Of a stretch of DNA of 34,441 nucleotides, positions 8,322 through 17,056 are shown piece by piece (within the stretch, counting starts at the first letter, position 1; every line of letters begins with the position of its first letter). This DNA is from an uncultured Solibacteraceae bacterium (GTDB lineage Bacteria; Acidobacteriota; Terriglobia; Bryobacterales; Bryobacteraceae), in assembly GCA_964406685.1 (NCBI GenBank), contig CAYOTD010000001.1:1-34441 (forward strand), written 5' to 3'. The translations under genes and the position numbers were made by a program. Below the pieces are notes generated by a model. It did not search any database, had not been told where the DNA came from, and saw only the letters and a list, made by a program, of their open reading frames with translations.

Positions 8322-9755
8322 ATGCCCTCGAATTGGACCAGACGCACGTTTCTGATGAGCGCGGGTCATGCCATTGCCCGCGCCACGGCGGCCGCGCCGC
8401 GCCGCAACGTTCTGTTCATCGCCAGCGACGATTTGAACCATCGCTTCTCGGCCTATGGCGACCAGCTGGTGCGCACGCCGAACCTCGACTCGATCGCCCG
8501 CCGCGGGGTGCGCTTCGACCGCGCCTATTGCCAGTTCCCGCTGTGCAGCCCCTCGCGGACCTCCGTCATGACCGGTTTGGCGCCGGATGCGACCGGCGTC
8601 TACAACCTGACCACGCACTTCCGCGAACGGCTGCCGGAGGTGGTGACCCTGGGACAGGCGTTTCAGAAGAACGACTACTTCACGGCGCGAGTGGGCAAGA
8701 TCTACCACTACGGGAATCCGGGTCAGATCGGCACCAACGGCCTCGACGACGCTCCCACGTGGAACCAGCGCGTGAACCCCATCGGCGTGGACAAGACCAA
8801 AGAGGAGCCGCTGCTCACCAACTTCACGCCGAAGCGCGGCCTGGGCAGCTCGGTGTCGTTCCACGCTTCCGCCGCCCGCGACGAGGAGCACACCGACGGC
8901 ATCGTGGCGGCCGAGACGATCCGGCTGATGGAAGAGAACCGCGGCCGCGCGTGGTTTCTGGGCGCGGGGTTTTACAAGCCGCACTGCCCGTGGATCTCGC
9001 CCTCGAAGTACTTCGATATGATCCCGCTCAGCAAGGTCAAGCTGGTCCCGTTCGAAGAGTGGGAGATGAAGATCGCGCCGCACTGGGCGTACTTCACCGT
9101 GCCGGCCAACTGGGGCCTGTCGGAGAAGCAGCGCCTGGAGGCGACGCGGGCCTATCTCGCGGCCATCCTGTTCCTGGACGCGCAGGTGGGCAAACTGCTG
9201 GACGCCGTCCGGCGGCTGGGGCTGGAGGCCAACACCACCATCGTGTTCTGGAGCGATCACGGCTACGGGCTGGGCGAACACGGCCAGTGGATGAAGCAGA
9301 CGGTGTTTGAGTACGCGGCGCGTTCTCCGTTGATGATGTGCGGCGCGGGTGTCGAGTCGCGCGGGCGGCCCTGCGGCCGGACGGTCGAGTTCCTCGACCT
9401 GTATCCGACCCTGGCCGATCTGTGCGGCCTGCAAAACGTCCCCAAGGGGTTGCACGGGACGAGCCTGCGCGCGTTACTGAAGGACCCGCGCGCGCCGTGG
9501 GTGCGCCTGGCGGTCACGCAGGTCCACCGCGCCCGCCAGCCGGAGCCGGTGCGCGGCTACTCGCTCCGCGACGGGCGGTACCGCTACACCATGTGGGACG
9601 AGGGCCGCGAGGGCGAAGAGCTGTACGACTACGCCAAAGACCCGCGCGAGCTCAAAAACCTGGCGGCCGAGCCCGGCTCGGCGGCGCTCAAGGCGGGGCT
9701 GCATACACAACTGCAAACGATTCTTGCGGCCCGGCGCTCAGCTTCGGCGAACTAA
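8322..9755 (+). CDS. Cys-type (formylglycine) sulfatase, iduronate-2-sulfatase-like, with Tat signal
   Basis: Uses the internal ATG (8322) of ORF 7872..9755; the upstream part is the SDR gene read out of frame. Twin-arginine signal WTRRTFLMSAG. Sulfatase signature CSPSRTSVMTGL. Other blocks: LFIASDDLN, WSDHGYGLGEHGQW. Confidence 0.9.
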   Translation: MPSNWTRRTFLMSAGHAIARATAAAPRRNVLFIASDDLNHRFSAYGDQLVRTPNLDSIARRGVRFDRAYCQFPLCSPSRTSVMTGLAPDATGVYNLTTHFRERLPEVVTLGQAFQKNDYFTARVGKIYHYGNPGQIGTNGLDDAPTWNQRVNPIGVDKTKEEPLLTNFTPKRGLGSSVSFHASAARDEEHTDGIVAAETIRLMEENRGRAWFLGAGFYKPHCPWISPSKYFDMIPLSKVKLVPFEEWEMKIAPHWAYFTVPANWGLSEKQRLEATRAYLAAILFLDAQVGKLLDAVRRLGLEANTTIVFWSDHGYGLGEHGQWMKQTVFEYAARSPLMMCGAGVESRGRPCGRTVEFLDLYPTLADLCGLQNVPKGLHGTSLRALLKDPRAPWVRLAVTQVHRARQPEPVRGYSLRDGRYRYTMWDEGREGEELYDYAKDPRELKNLAAEPGSAALKAGLHTQLQTILAARRSASAN

Positions 9756-9786
9756 TTCCGTCCGGCGTCGTCTATATGTACCAGTC

Positions 9787-12297
9787 ATGCTCGGTGCCAC
9801 TCTTGTCGATTCTCTTCGGCAGGACCTGAAATACGGCCTGCGTCAACTGCGTCAGAAACCCGGCTTTACGCTGACGGCGGTCCTCTCCCTGGCTCTCGGC
9901 ATCGGCGCCAACACGGCCATCTTCACCCTGGGCGACCAGATCCTTCTGCGGCTGATGCCGGTGGACAAGCCGCAGGAGTTGGTGCAGCTTCGCCTCAGGG
10001 GAGGCCGGGTCGGTTCGCAGAGCGGTGACGGCCAGCACACCTTTTCGCATCCGATGTACCTGGCCCTTCGCGACCGCAACACCGTCTTCTCCGGCCTCAC
10101 CGGCCAGCGTATCGAGTCGGCCAGCCTTATGGGGGAGGACCGCAGCGAGGTGGTGAGCGTGGGCCTGGTGGCGGGAAACTACTTCAACGTGTTTGGCATC
10201 CGGCCCCACCTGGGCCGGGTGTTGACGCCCGAGGACGACCGGCTGCGCAATGGCCACCCGGTGGCGGTGCTTCAGTATGATTTCTGGCAGAGCCGGTTCG
10301 GCGGCCGGCCGGAGATGGTGGGCTCCACCATCCGGTTGAACGGATCGCCGTTCACCGTCATCGGCGTGGGAGCGCCGGGCTTCGAAGGGACCGACGTCGG
10401 CCTGCCCACCAACCTGTGGGTACCTGTAATGATGAAGCCCACCATCACGCCCACCTGGGACGCGCTCCAGGACGAGCGGAATGCGTGGTTCTACCTGTTC
10501 GGCCGGCTCAAGCCGGGCGTCGGCCAGGCGCAGGCGCAGGCCGCCATGAAGGTGCTGTTCCGCCAGATCCAGGAAGAGGAGCTGAAGCTGGCGTTCTTCC
10601 AGAAGAACCCCGAGTTCAAGGAACGCTTCTTGCGCGGCGATTTCACGCTGATTCCGGCCTCGCGCGGCCAGTCTGCCCTGCGCTCCCGCTTCGAGCGCCC
10701 GCTGATCGTGCTGGAGTGGCTGGTGGGCGCGGTGCTGCTGATCGCCTGCGCCAACCTGGCGAGCCTGCTGCTGGCGCGCGCGGCGGCACGGCAGCGGGAG
10801 ATCGCCATTCGGGGGGCACTGGGCGCGGCCCGCGGCCAACTCGTGCGCCAACTCTTTCTCGAAAGTCTTCTTCTCGCCGTCGCGGGCGGTGCGGCGGGGT
10901 TGTGTCTCAGCTTGTGGCTGGCGCGGGTACTGCTACGCTTCCTGCCCTTCGATCCCGCCAACCTGTCCCTGACCACCGCGCCGGATCTGCGCGTGCTGTT
11001 GTTCTCGATCGGGATCACGCTGTTGACCGCCGTGGTCTTCGGCCTGTTCCCCGCTTTCCAGGGCGCGCGTGTCGAGCCGGGCCGGACGCTGAAGGAAGAG
11101 GCGGGGGCCATCGCCGGAGGGCACGTGCGGTTGCGGAAAGCATTCGTCGCCCTTCAGGTGGCACTGTCGTCGCTGCTGCTGATCGGCGCGGGGCTGTTCG
11201 CGCGCACGCTGCACAATCTTCAGAAGGTCGATCTCGGGCTGAAGGCAGAGAACGTCGTCACTTTCGGCGTGAGGCCGGCCACGGTCTACGACGAGGCGCG
11301 CAAGCGGCAGGTCTTCCACGAAGTGATCGAGGGGTTGGAGGCCGTGCCGGGAGTCAAGAGGGTGGGCGCCAATACCCAGCGGCTCCTGAGCGGATGGCGG
11401 TGGGATGCCAGTATCACCTTGCCCGGAGTCGAGCCGAAGGGCGCCGACTATCCCTGGAGTTTCTTCAACTCCATCACACCCGGTTACTTCGAGGCCCTGG
11501 GTATTCCCGTCAAGCGCGGCCGCGATCTCACCTGGAACGACTGGGGCGGCACGCGGCGCCTGTGCCTGGTCAACGAAGCGCTGGTGAAGGAGTACCTGGG
11601 CGGCGCCAACCCGGTGGGACGCATGTTGGCGCAGGGAACCAAGGCCACCCCGGACATCGAGATCATCGGTGTGTTCGGCGATGCCCGGTACGACGACGTG
11701 CGCGGCACAATCCCGCGGCAGATCTTCGTCGCCATGGACACGCGGCTTCGCAACACTTCCGGTTTCAACGTCTATGCCCGCGTCGTGGGCGATCCGCGGC
11801 CCATCATGCCGCAGCTTCGCGAGAAGGTGCGCCGCATCGATCCGAATCTGGTCGTCGCCGACATGCGCACCCTCGACGACCAGCTCAACATGCGCCTGGC
11901 GAACGAGCGGCTGCTGTCGTTCCTCTCCATCGGCTTCGCGCTGCTGGCGACTCTGCTGGCGGTGGTGGGCCTGCACGGCGTGCTGGCCTTCGTGGTGGCG
12001 CGGCGGACGCGCGAAATCGGCATCCGGATGGCGCTAGGGGCCGGACAGGGAGGCGTCATCCGGCTGGTGCTGCGCGAGGTACTGCCGTTCATTGTGGCGG
12101 GGGTGGTGGTGGGAGTGGCGGGCGCTATCGTCGCCGGCCGGTACGTGGAGAGCCAGCTTTTCGGTGTGAAGGCGAACGACCCGCCCATCTTCCTGATGAG
12201 TGTGGCGGCGCTGCTGGCGGCGGCTCTGGCGGCGGCGTTTCCGCCCGCCTGGCGCGCTTCGCGCATCGATCCGGTGCGGGCCCTGCGGCACGAGTAG
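9787..12297 (+). CDS. ADOP-family duplicated permease (two MacB-like periplasmic core plus FtsX-like domains), with no adjacent ABC ATPase
   Basis: The N-terminus MLGATLVDSLRQDLKYGLRQLRQKPGFTLTAVLSLALGIGANTAIFTL is the hallmark start of the acidobacterial duplicated orphan permease family. The protein has two repeated halves, each ending in FtsX-type TM helices (REIAIRGALGA... and REIGIRMALGA...). ATG 9787 was chosen over the ORF-track start at 9724. Confidence 0.9.
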   Translation: MLGATLVDSLRQDLKYGLRQLRQKPGFTLTAVLSLALGIGANTAIFTLGDQILLRLMPVDKPQELVQLRLRGGRVGSQSGDGQHTFSHPMYLALRDRNTVFSGLTGQRIESASLMGEDRSEVVSVGLVAGNYFNVFGIRPHLGRVLTPEDDRLRNGHPVAVLQYDFWQSRFGGRPEMVGSTIRLNGSPFTVIGVGAPGFEGTDVGLPTNLWVPVMMKPTITPTWDALQDERNAWFYLFGRLKPGVGQAQAQAAMKVLFRQIQEEELKLAFFQKNPEFKERFLRGDFTLIPASRGQSALRSRFERPLIVLEWLVGAVLLIACANLASLLLARAAARQREIAIRGALGAARGQLVRQLFLESLLLAVAGGAAGLCLSLWLARVLLRFLPFDPANLSLTTAPDLRVLLFSIGITLLTAVVFGLFPAFQGARVEPGRTLKEEAGAIAGGHVRLRKAFVALQVALSSLLLIGAGLFARTLHNLQKVDLGLKAENVVTFGVRPATVYDEARKRQVFHEVIEGLEAVPGVKRVGANTQRLLSGWRWDASITLPGVEPKGADYPWSFFNSITPGYFEALGIPVKRGRDLTWNDWGGTRRLCLVNEALVKEYLGGANPVGRMLAQGTKATPDIEIIGVFGDARYDDVRGTIPRQIFVAMDTRLRNTSGFNVYARVVGDPRPIMPQLREKVRRIDPNLVVADMRTLDDQLNMRLANERLLSFLSIGFALLATLLAVVGLHGVLAFVVARRTREIGIRMALGAGQGGVIRLVLREVLPFIVAGVVVGVAGAIVAGRYVESQLFGVKANDPPIFLMSVAALLAAALAAAFPPAWRASRIDPVRALRHE

Positions 12298-12299
12298 AG

Positions 12300-13502
12300 C
12301 TACGCCGTTCTGGCCGGCAGCTTCAGCCGGAAGAGCAGGAACGCGCCCGCTACCAGCGCCAGTCCGGAGAGTTCGAAAGCCACGGAGAGGCCAAGGAAGG
12401 TCTTCAGCCACCCGGCCATTGCCGCCGCCACCCCGCCCACGACGCAGGCGGCCATGTTCAGGATGCCGTAGGCCGAGGCGCGCATCTCGGGGGCGCAGAT
12501 CTGGCTGACCACGGGCATGGAGTTGGCGTCGTAGAAGCCGCGGCCCAGCCCGTAGGTTGCCAGCGCCAGAATCAGCAGCGCCTGCGAGGCGGTCAGCCCG
12601 ATCACGAACAGAAACGGCGCGCCGATGGCCAGCCCCACGGCCTGAGTGAGAAGCCGGGCGCGGGGGGAGCGGCGCGACCAGCGGTCCGCGAAGATGCCGC
12701 CGGTGACCACGCCGGCGAAGCTGGCGGCCTGGATGAAGAAGGTCGCGAAGAAGCCCGCCTCGGTCAGGCTCATGCGGAACTGCTCGTAAAGGAACACGGG
12801 CAGCCAGGTGTAGGCCACCCAGCCGGCGAAGGAGAACAGGCTGAAGGCCGCCACGACGGTCTTGAATCCGGGAAGTCCCAGCAACGTCCGCATGGACGAG
12901 GCGAACCGGGGCGCGTGCGCGGAGGCGAGGCGCGACTCTCCCGCGCGGCGCAGGAAGAAGTAGAGGATGGTGACGTAAGCGACGCCGACCCCGCCCAGGA
13001 TGACGAACACCGGGCGCCAGCCGTAGTGCTGGCCCATCCAGCCTCCGCCCACCCCGCCCAGCACCACGCCCGCGTACAGCCCGCTCTGGTGCAGGCCGGT
13101 GGCGAGAGACCGCGACCGCTCGCTGTGCGCCTCGACGATCATGGCGAGGGCGGCCGGCAGATAGCAGGCCTCGCTGATGCCCATCAGCGCCCGCGCCGTC
13201 AGAAGCTGGGCGATGTTCTGGGCGTGCCCGGTGAGCCAGGTCACCGCGCTCCACACCAGCAGGCTGATCAGCACCACGCGCGCGCGGCCGAAGCGGTCGG
13301 CCAGGTATCCGGCGAACGGGCTCAACAGGCCGTAGACCCACAGAAACACCGTGCTGGTCAGGCCGAGCTCGACACTGCCGGCGTTGAGGTCCTTTCCCAC
13401 CAGCGGGAACAGCGAGAAGATCACCTGCCGGTCGAGGTAGTTCAACAGCGCGACGACCCACAGCAAGGCTACCAGGAGCCAGGGGTTCAGGCGGCGATCC
13501 AT
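12300..13502 (-). CDS. MFS transporter, ACS family (hexuronate/sugar-acid transporter-like)
   Basis: 400 aa with about 12 predicted TM helices, NYLDRQ, and a GYLADRFGRAR loop. Paralogue of the partial CDS at 1..476. It lies 6 nt downstream of the DHDPS-family gene, so the two are probably one operon. Confidence 0.88.
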   Translation of the reverse strand: MDRRLNPWLLVALLWVVALLNYLDRQVIFSLFPLVGKDLNAGSVELGLTSTVFLWVYGLLSPFAGYLADRFGRARVVLISLLVWSAVTWLTGHAQNIAQLLTARALMGISEACYLPAALAMIVEAHSERSRSLATGLHQSGLYAGVVLGGVGGGWMGQHYGWRPVFVILGGVGVAYVTILYFFLRRAGESRLASAHAPRFASSMRTLLGLPGFKTVVAAFSLFSFAGWVAYTWLPVFLYEQFRMSLTEAGFFATFFIQAASFAGVVTGGIFADRWSRRSPRARLLTQAVGLAIGAPFLFVIGLTASQALLILALATYGLGRGFYDANSMPVVSQICAPEMRASAYGILNMAACVVGGVAAAMAGWLKTFLGLSVAFELSGLALVAGAFLLFRLKLPARTA

Positions 13503-13508
13503 CGGCGC

Positions 13509-14402
13509 TCAGGCTTTCAGGAAACCGTCCGGCGCGAACCCGGCCTCTTCGACGTCCTTGCGGAGTTGCAGTTCCTCGTCCCGGTTCAAACCGCGGCGCG
13601 GCGCCGCGCAGACGCCGGCGGAAATCCCGGACCAGGTGAGCAGCGTTTTCAGGGCGGCCAGCATGGGATAGCGGAGAACGGCGCGGATCAGATCGTTGAT
13701 CCGATCCTGCACCCGCCGCGCCTCGGCGAACTTGCCGGCGCCCGCCAACCGGTACACCTCGACGAACAGCTCGGGAATCAGGTTATAGAAGCTGCCGATG
13801 CCGCCGCAGGCGCCCATCAGAAGGCCCGCGACGAACACTTCGTCGCGCCCGCTGAAGATGACCCGGCCGGCGCGCGAGATCAGCGAGAGGCGATAGAGAT
13901 CGAAATCGGTGAACTTCAACCCAATCACTTTGGGGATCGCGCAAAGCTCGTCGATCTGCCCCAGGGTGCGCACGGCGCTGGAGAACTCGGGGAAGTAGTA
14001 GACCAGCACCGGTACTTCGCTGGCTTCGGCGACGGCCTGGTAGTAGTGGTGCGTTTCGGCGAAGCTGAAGCGGGAATCGGGCGGCAGGCTGCTGATGGCG
14101 TGCGCTCCCGCCTCCGAGGCGTGGCGCGCCAGATCCACGGCGTCGGCGGTGCGCGCGGAGCCGACGTGTACCACCACCGCACGGCCGGCGGGCGAGTTCT
14201 TCACCGCGACCTCGGCCGCTTTCTTGCGCACGGCCAGGGGCAGGGTGAGTCCCTCGCCCGTCTGTCCGCAGACGTAGAGGCCGTGCGAACCGGCGGCATA
14301 CAGCCGCTCGAGCAGTTTCTCAAAGGCGGATGTCGCCAGCTTTTCGTCTTCCGTCAGCGGCGTCACAACCGCCGGCAGGACTCCTTGCAAAGCAATGTCC
14401 AT
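13509..14402 (-). CDS. DHDPS/N-acetylneuraminate-lyase family class I aldolase or dehydratase (likely acts on a 2-keto-3-deoxy sugar acid)
   Basis: 297 aa. PAVVTPLTEDEK, YVCGQTGEG and IGLKFTDFD (Schiff-base lysine context) match the DapA/NanA family. The specific reaction cannot be assigned from sequence. Confidence 0.82.
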   Translation of the reverse strand: MDIALQGVLPAVVTPLTEDEKLATSAFEKLLERLYAAGSHGLYVCGQTGEGLTLPLAVRKKAAEVAVKNSPAGRAVVVHVGSARTADAVDLARHASEAGAHAISSLPPDSRFSFAETHHYYQAVAEASEVPVLVYYFPEFSSAVRTLGQIDELCAIPKVIGLKFTDFDLYRLSLISRAGRVIFSGRDEVFVAGLLMGACGGIGSFYNLIPELFVEVYRLAGAGKFAEARRVQDRINDLIRAVLRYPMLAALKTLLTWSGISAGVCAAPRRGLNRDEELQLRKDVEEAGFAPDGFLKA

Positions 14403-14429
14403 CGTATTGGTTTTACCACATGCGCCTGT

Positions 14430-17036
14430 TCAACCTTGCTCCCGTTCGATCTCCGCGAGCACCTGGCGGCAGTTGAAAACCTTCTCCACCAGGTCCAGCG
14501 GCCGGTAGTAGTAGTGATTGGAGGCCTCGTAGGCGATCAGCGAATTTTGCCGTGCGGGATGGAACTGCCGCCGGGCAATGGTCTCCTCGTCGCGGGCGAT
14601 GGCGGCCATTCGCGCCAGGGTGGCCTTGCGCTCCGCACCGTCCGCGGCGTCCATTCTGGCGCGCAGCAGGTAGAACTCCACCTGGTTCGCCACGCTCTGG
14701 AAGTGATGCAGACAGGTGGCGGCGATCTCGCGGTCGCAGGCCGCCAGCCGGCCGCGCGTCTTTCCCGCCTTGGCTCCGGCGGCCTCCAGCGCTTTCAATC
14801 CTTCCTCCCATCCCTTCGCCATCCGCCGGAACTGGCTCAGCACAACCTCCGGCGGATAGGCCCCGCACCAGGCCTTCAGGTCGTCGGAGGGATACAGGAT
14901 CATCGAGGCCCGCCGGCCGGAGCGGCGCAGGCGCAGCAGGTTCGCCGGGCCGTGCTGCGTGGGAATCGTGTAGACCGCCACGCCGTAGGGGAACTCGGTG
15001 AAAGCTTCGCTGAACTTCCTCCAGGCCTCCACCAGCAGCGGCGCGGCGGATTCTCCGTAGCGCTGGCGGGCGACATCGGCCAGGATCTCGTCGTTGGTTC
15101 GCCGCGGCTCGAAATACCACGCTTTGGCCGCGGCCAGGTTGGGCGAGGGATACCCGCCGCAGGTCCACGAGGGCATGATGCCGGTAACCCCCGCCCCCGC
15201 CAGCCGCCGGCAATGCTCCACAATCAGGTGCGGCACCGGGATGTAGGGCGTGGCCGAAATCTCCCAGGTGTTGTTGAACTGGAGCTTGGCCATGGGCCGG
15301 ATGCCGCGGCTTCGCGCCAGCTTCCAGTTCGTCGTGGCGCGCGGTCCCGGCCCGACCACGGAGATTGAATACTCGCCGACCCGCGTGCGGACGCCGCCGC
15401 GCTCCACCGGCTGGAACCACTCGCTGATGCTCATGGTGCGCACGTCGCGCGGCAGCAGCGGGATCAAGTTGGCCGACAGCTCTTCGGTCCAGCCCCAGTC
15501 CCAGGCGATCACTTCGGCCGACTTGCTCGACCGCCGCACGCCGTCGCGGAAGGTGGTCAGCAACTCCGCGAACACCTCCCAGCTCTTGCGCTGCGAGCAG
15601 CGCGGGCAGCCCTTGGCCACCGGCGCCGCCACGCCCCACGATCCGCCGTGCGAGAAGCAGTTGGTGAAATTCTCCGAGCTGCTGATGGAGAAGACCCCGC
15701 CCAGCCCCGGCGCGGCGCGGAAGACGTGCGCCAGGGTATCGGCGATCCACTCGCGCACTTCGGGCACGCTGGTGCAGATCGCGTGCAGGCCCTTGGAGGA
15801 CGAGCCTCTCATCTCCGGATGCCGCGCGAAGAACTCCTCCCGCATGGCACGTGGCTCGTTCAGGTAGAGGTACAGCTTCATCCCGAAGCGCCGCGCCCGC
15901 TCGGCCAGCCGGTCCAGGTTCTTGAGGCGCAGTTCGCAGTTGGCGCCGAACTCCGGGAAGGTCCTCGACGGCGCCAGCGTGTTCAGCACCGCCTGCATCC
16001 AGACGCCGTTGATGCCCACGCGCGCCAGTTTTTCCAGATACCCGTCGGGCAGCGGGTCGATGTCGGTCTCCACCAGCGGGTCGCCGTAGAGGGCGAAGTA
16101 CGAGTAGAGATAGCGCGGATTCCAGGCGCATCGGCGCGCCGCCTTGCCCGGCGCCAGGAAGGGCGCGCCGCGGCGCTCCATCGCGTCCTGAAGAAAGTAG
16201 ATGCCCTGGAGCACGCCCGACTCGTCACCTCCCGTGATGCGCACCTCGCCTTCCCCGGTCTCGATCTCGAAGCTCTCGGCGGCGTCCACGCGCGCCGGGT
16301 CGACGGCGAGCCGGATCGCGCGGCCTCCGCCCAGGCGCGCGCCCATGGCGGAGGTGAGGTATTCGCGGAAGCGCGCGGCGGCCTCGCGCAGGATGGCGCC
16401 TTCCGGCTGCGCCACTTCCCAGCCGCGCGTGAGGTCGATCTCGCCGGCGGTGGGAGCCAGGCCCGGCTCGCGCAGGGGCGCGAACGAACGGCCGCTCAGC
16501 TCCCGGATGAAGTCGAAGCACTCCTCGCCGCGAAGGCCCATGGCGGCGCCGAACGCCTCGCGCACGATCCCCTTGAGCCTTGCCGCCGCTTCGCGCTCGC
16601 GCGCCGAGGGCGGGGCGTAACGAAGCTCCGGGCATTCCGGCTTGGGGCCGAGCTTCACGTCGAGGAAATCGTCTTCCTTGAGCGTGAACTCGAAACGCTC
16701 GCGGTCCCAGCCGAGCAGGCGTATGATCTGGCTTTCCGGCAGCACGTGCCAGTTCTGCCGGATTACGGTGACGTACAGGCGGCGGAGCTGGTCCGGGTTG
16801 AGGGCGCGCTTCTCGGGAAGCCCCATCGATTCCCCCAGCCGCAAAACGTCGGCCTCGGTGGCGCCCACCACTCTGGCGATCTCCGCCGTATTCGCCAATT
16901 CCCAGTTGCGCCAGACGTAGAGGTGCAGGCGGCTGGGAAAGTGCGGCTCTTCAACCGGCGCCGCTCCGGACAACCCCATGCCCGCCCAGATCGGGCCGGC
17001 CAGGAGAAACTGCCTGCGTGGAATCATCCCAGCCAT
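14430..17036 (-). CDS. Large Tat-exported protein; putative glycoside hydrolase (TIM-barrel, clan GH-A-like NEP motif), family unassigned
   Basis: 868-aa ORF with good codon bias. Twin-arginine signal MIPRRQFLLAG. A GH20b/GH67N-like beta-sandwich pattern (SFEIETGEGEVRITGGDESGVLQGIYFLQD) is followed by GINGVWMQAV...KLYLYLNEPR (NEP codons at 15852..15860). First gene of the minus-strand operon 17036->12300. The coding call is strong; the functional call is inference. Confidence 0.55.
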   Translation of the reverse strand: MAGMIPRRQFLLAGPIWAGMGLSGAAPVEEPHFPSRLHLYVWRNWELANTAEIARVVGATEADVLRLGESMGLPEKRALNPDQLRRLYVTVIRQNWHVLPESQIIRLLGWDRERFEFTLKEDDFLDVKLGPKPECPELRYAPPSAREREAAARLKGIVREAFGAAMGLRGEECFDFIRELSGRSFAPLREPGLAPTAGEIDLTRGWEVAQPEGAILREAAARFREYLTSAMGARLGGGRAIRLAVDPARVDAAESFEIETGEGEVRITGGDESGVLQGIYFLQDAMERRGAPFLAPGKAARRCAWNPRYLYSYFALYGDPLVETDIDPLPDGYLEKLARVGINGVWMQAVLNTLAPSRTFPEFGANCELRLKNLDRLAERARRFGMKLYLYLNEPRAMREEFFARHPEMRGSSSKGLHAICTSVPEVREWIADTLAHVFRAAPGLGGVFSISSSENFTNCFSHGGSWGVAAPVAKGCPRCSQRKSWEVFAELLTTFRDGVRRSSKSAEVIAWDWGWTEELSANLIPLLPRDVRTMSISEWFQPVERGGVRTRVGEYSISVVGPGPRATTNWKLARSRGIRPMAKLQFNNTWEISATPYIPVPHLIVEHCRRLAGAGVTGIMPSWTCGGYPSPNLAAAKAWYFEPRRTNDEILADVARQRYGESAAPLLVEAWRKFSEAFTEFPYGVAVYTIPTQHGPANLLRLRRSGRRASMILYPSDDLKAWCGAYPPEVVLSQFRRMAKGWEEGLKALEAAGAKAGKTRGRLAACDREIAATCLHHFQSVANQVEFYLLRARMDAADGAERKATLARMAAIARDEETIARRQFHPARQNSLIAYEASNHYYYRPLDLVEKVFNCRQVLAEIEREQG

Positions 17037-17043
17037 TGTGCCG

Positions 17044-17049
17044 TATCAT
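17044..17049 (+). promoter_or_regulatory. -10-like TATCAT exactly 7 nt upstream of the heparinase-like ATG (candidate leaderless promoter)
   Basis: The sequence is ccgTATCATtcaatagATG, inside a 20-bp divergent gap with no SD. Confidence 0.3.
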
Positions 17050-17056
17050 TCAATAG

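Noticed and set aside
10416-15368. A 1650-aa ORF on the plus strand spanning the ADOP permease (out of frame) and the antisense of the MFS, DHDPS-family and GH-like genes.
   Set aside because: The composition is Arg/Gly/Ala/Pro-rich and low-complexity, with no recognisable motif. Every part is covered by a motif-bearing gene in another frame or strand. In DNA with a near-saturated GC third position, stop codons are depleted in alternative frames, so giant shadow ORFs are expected.
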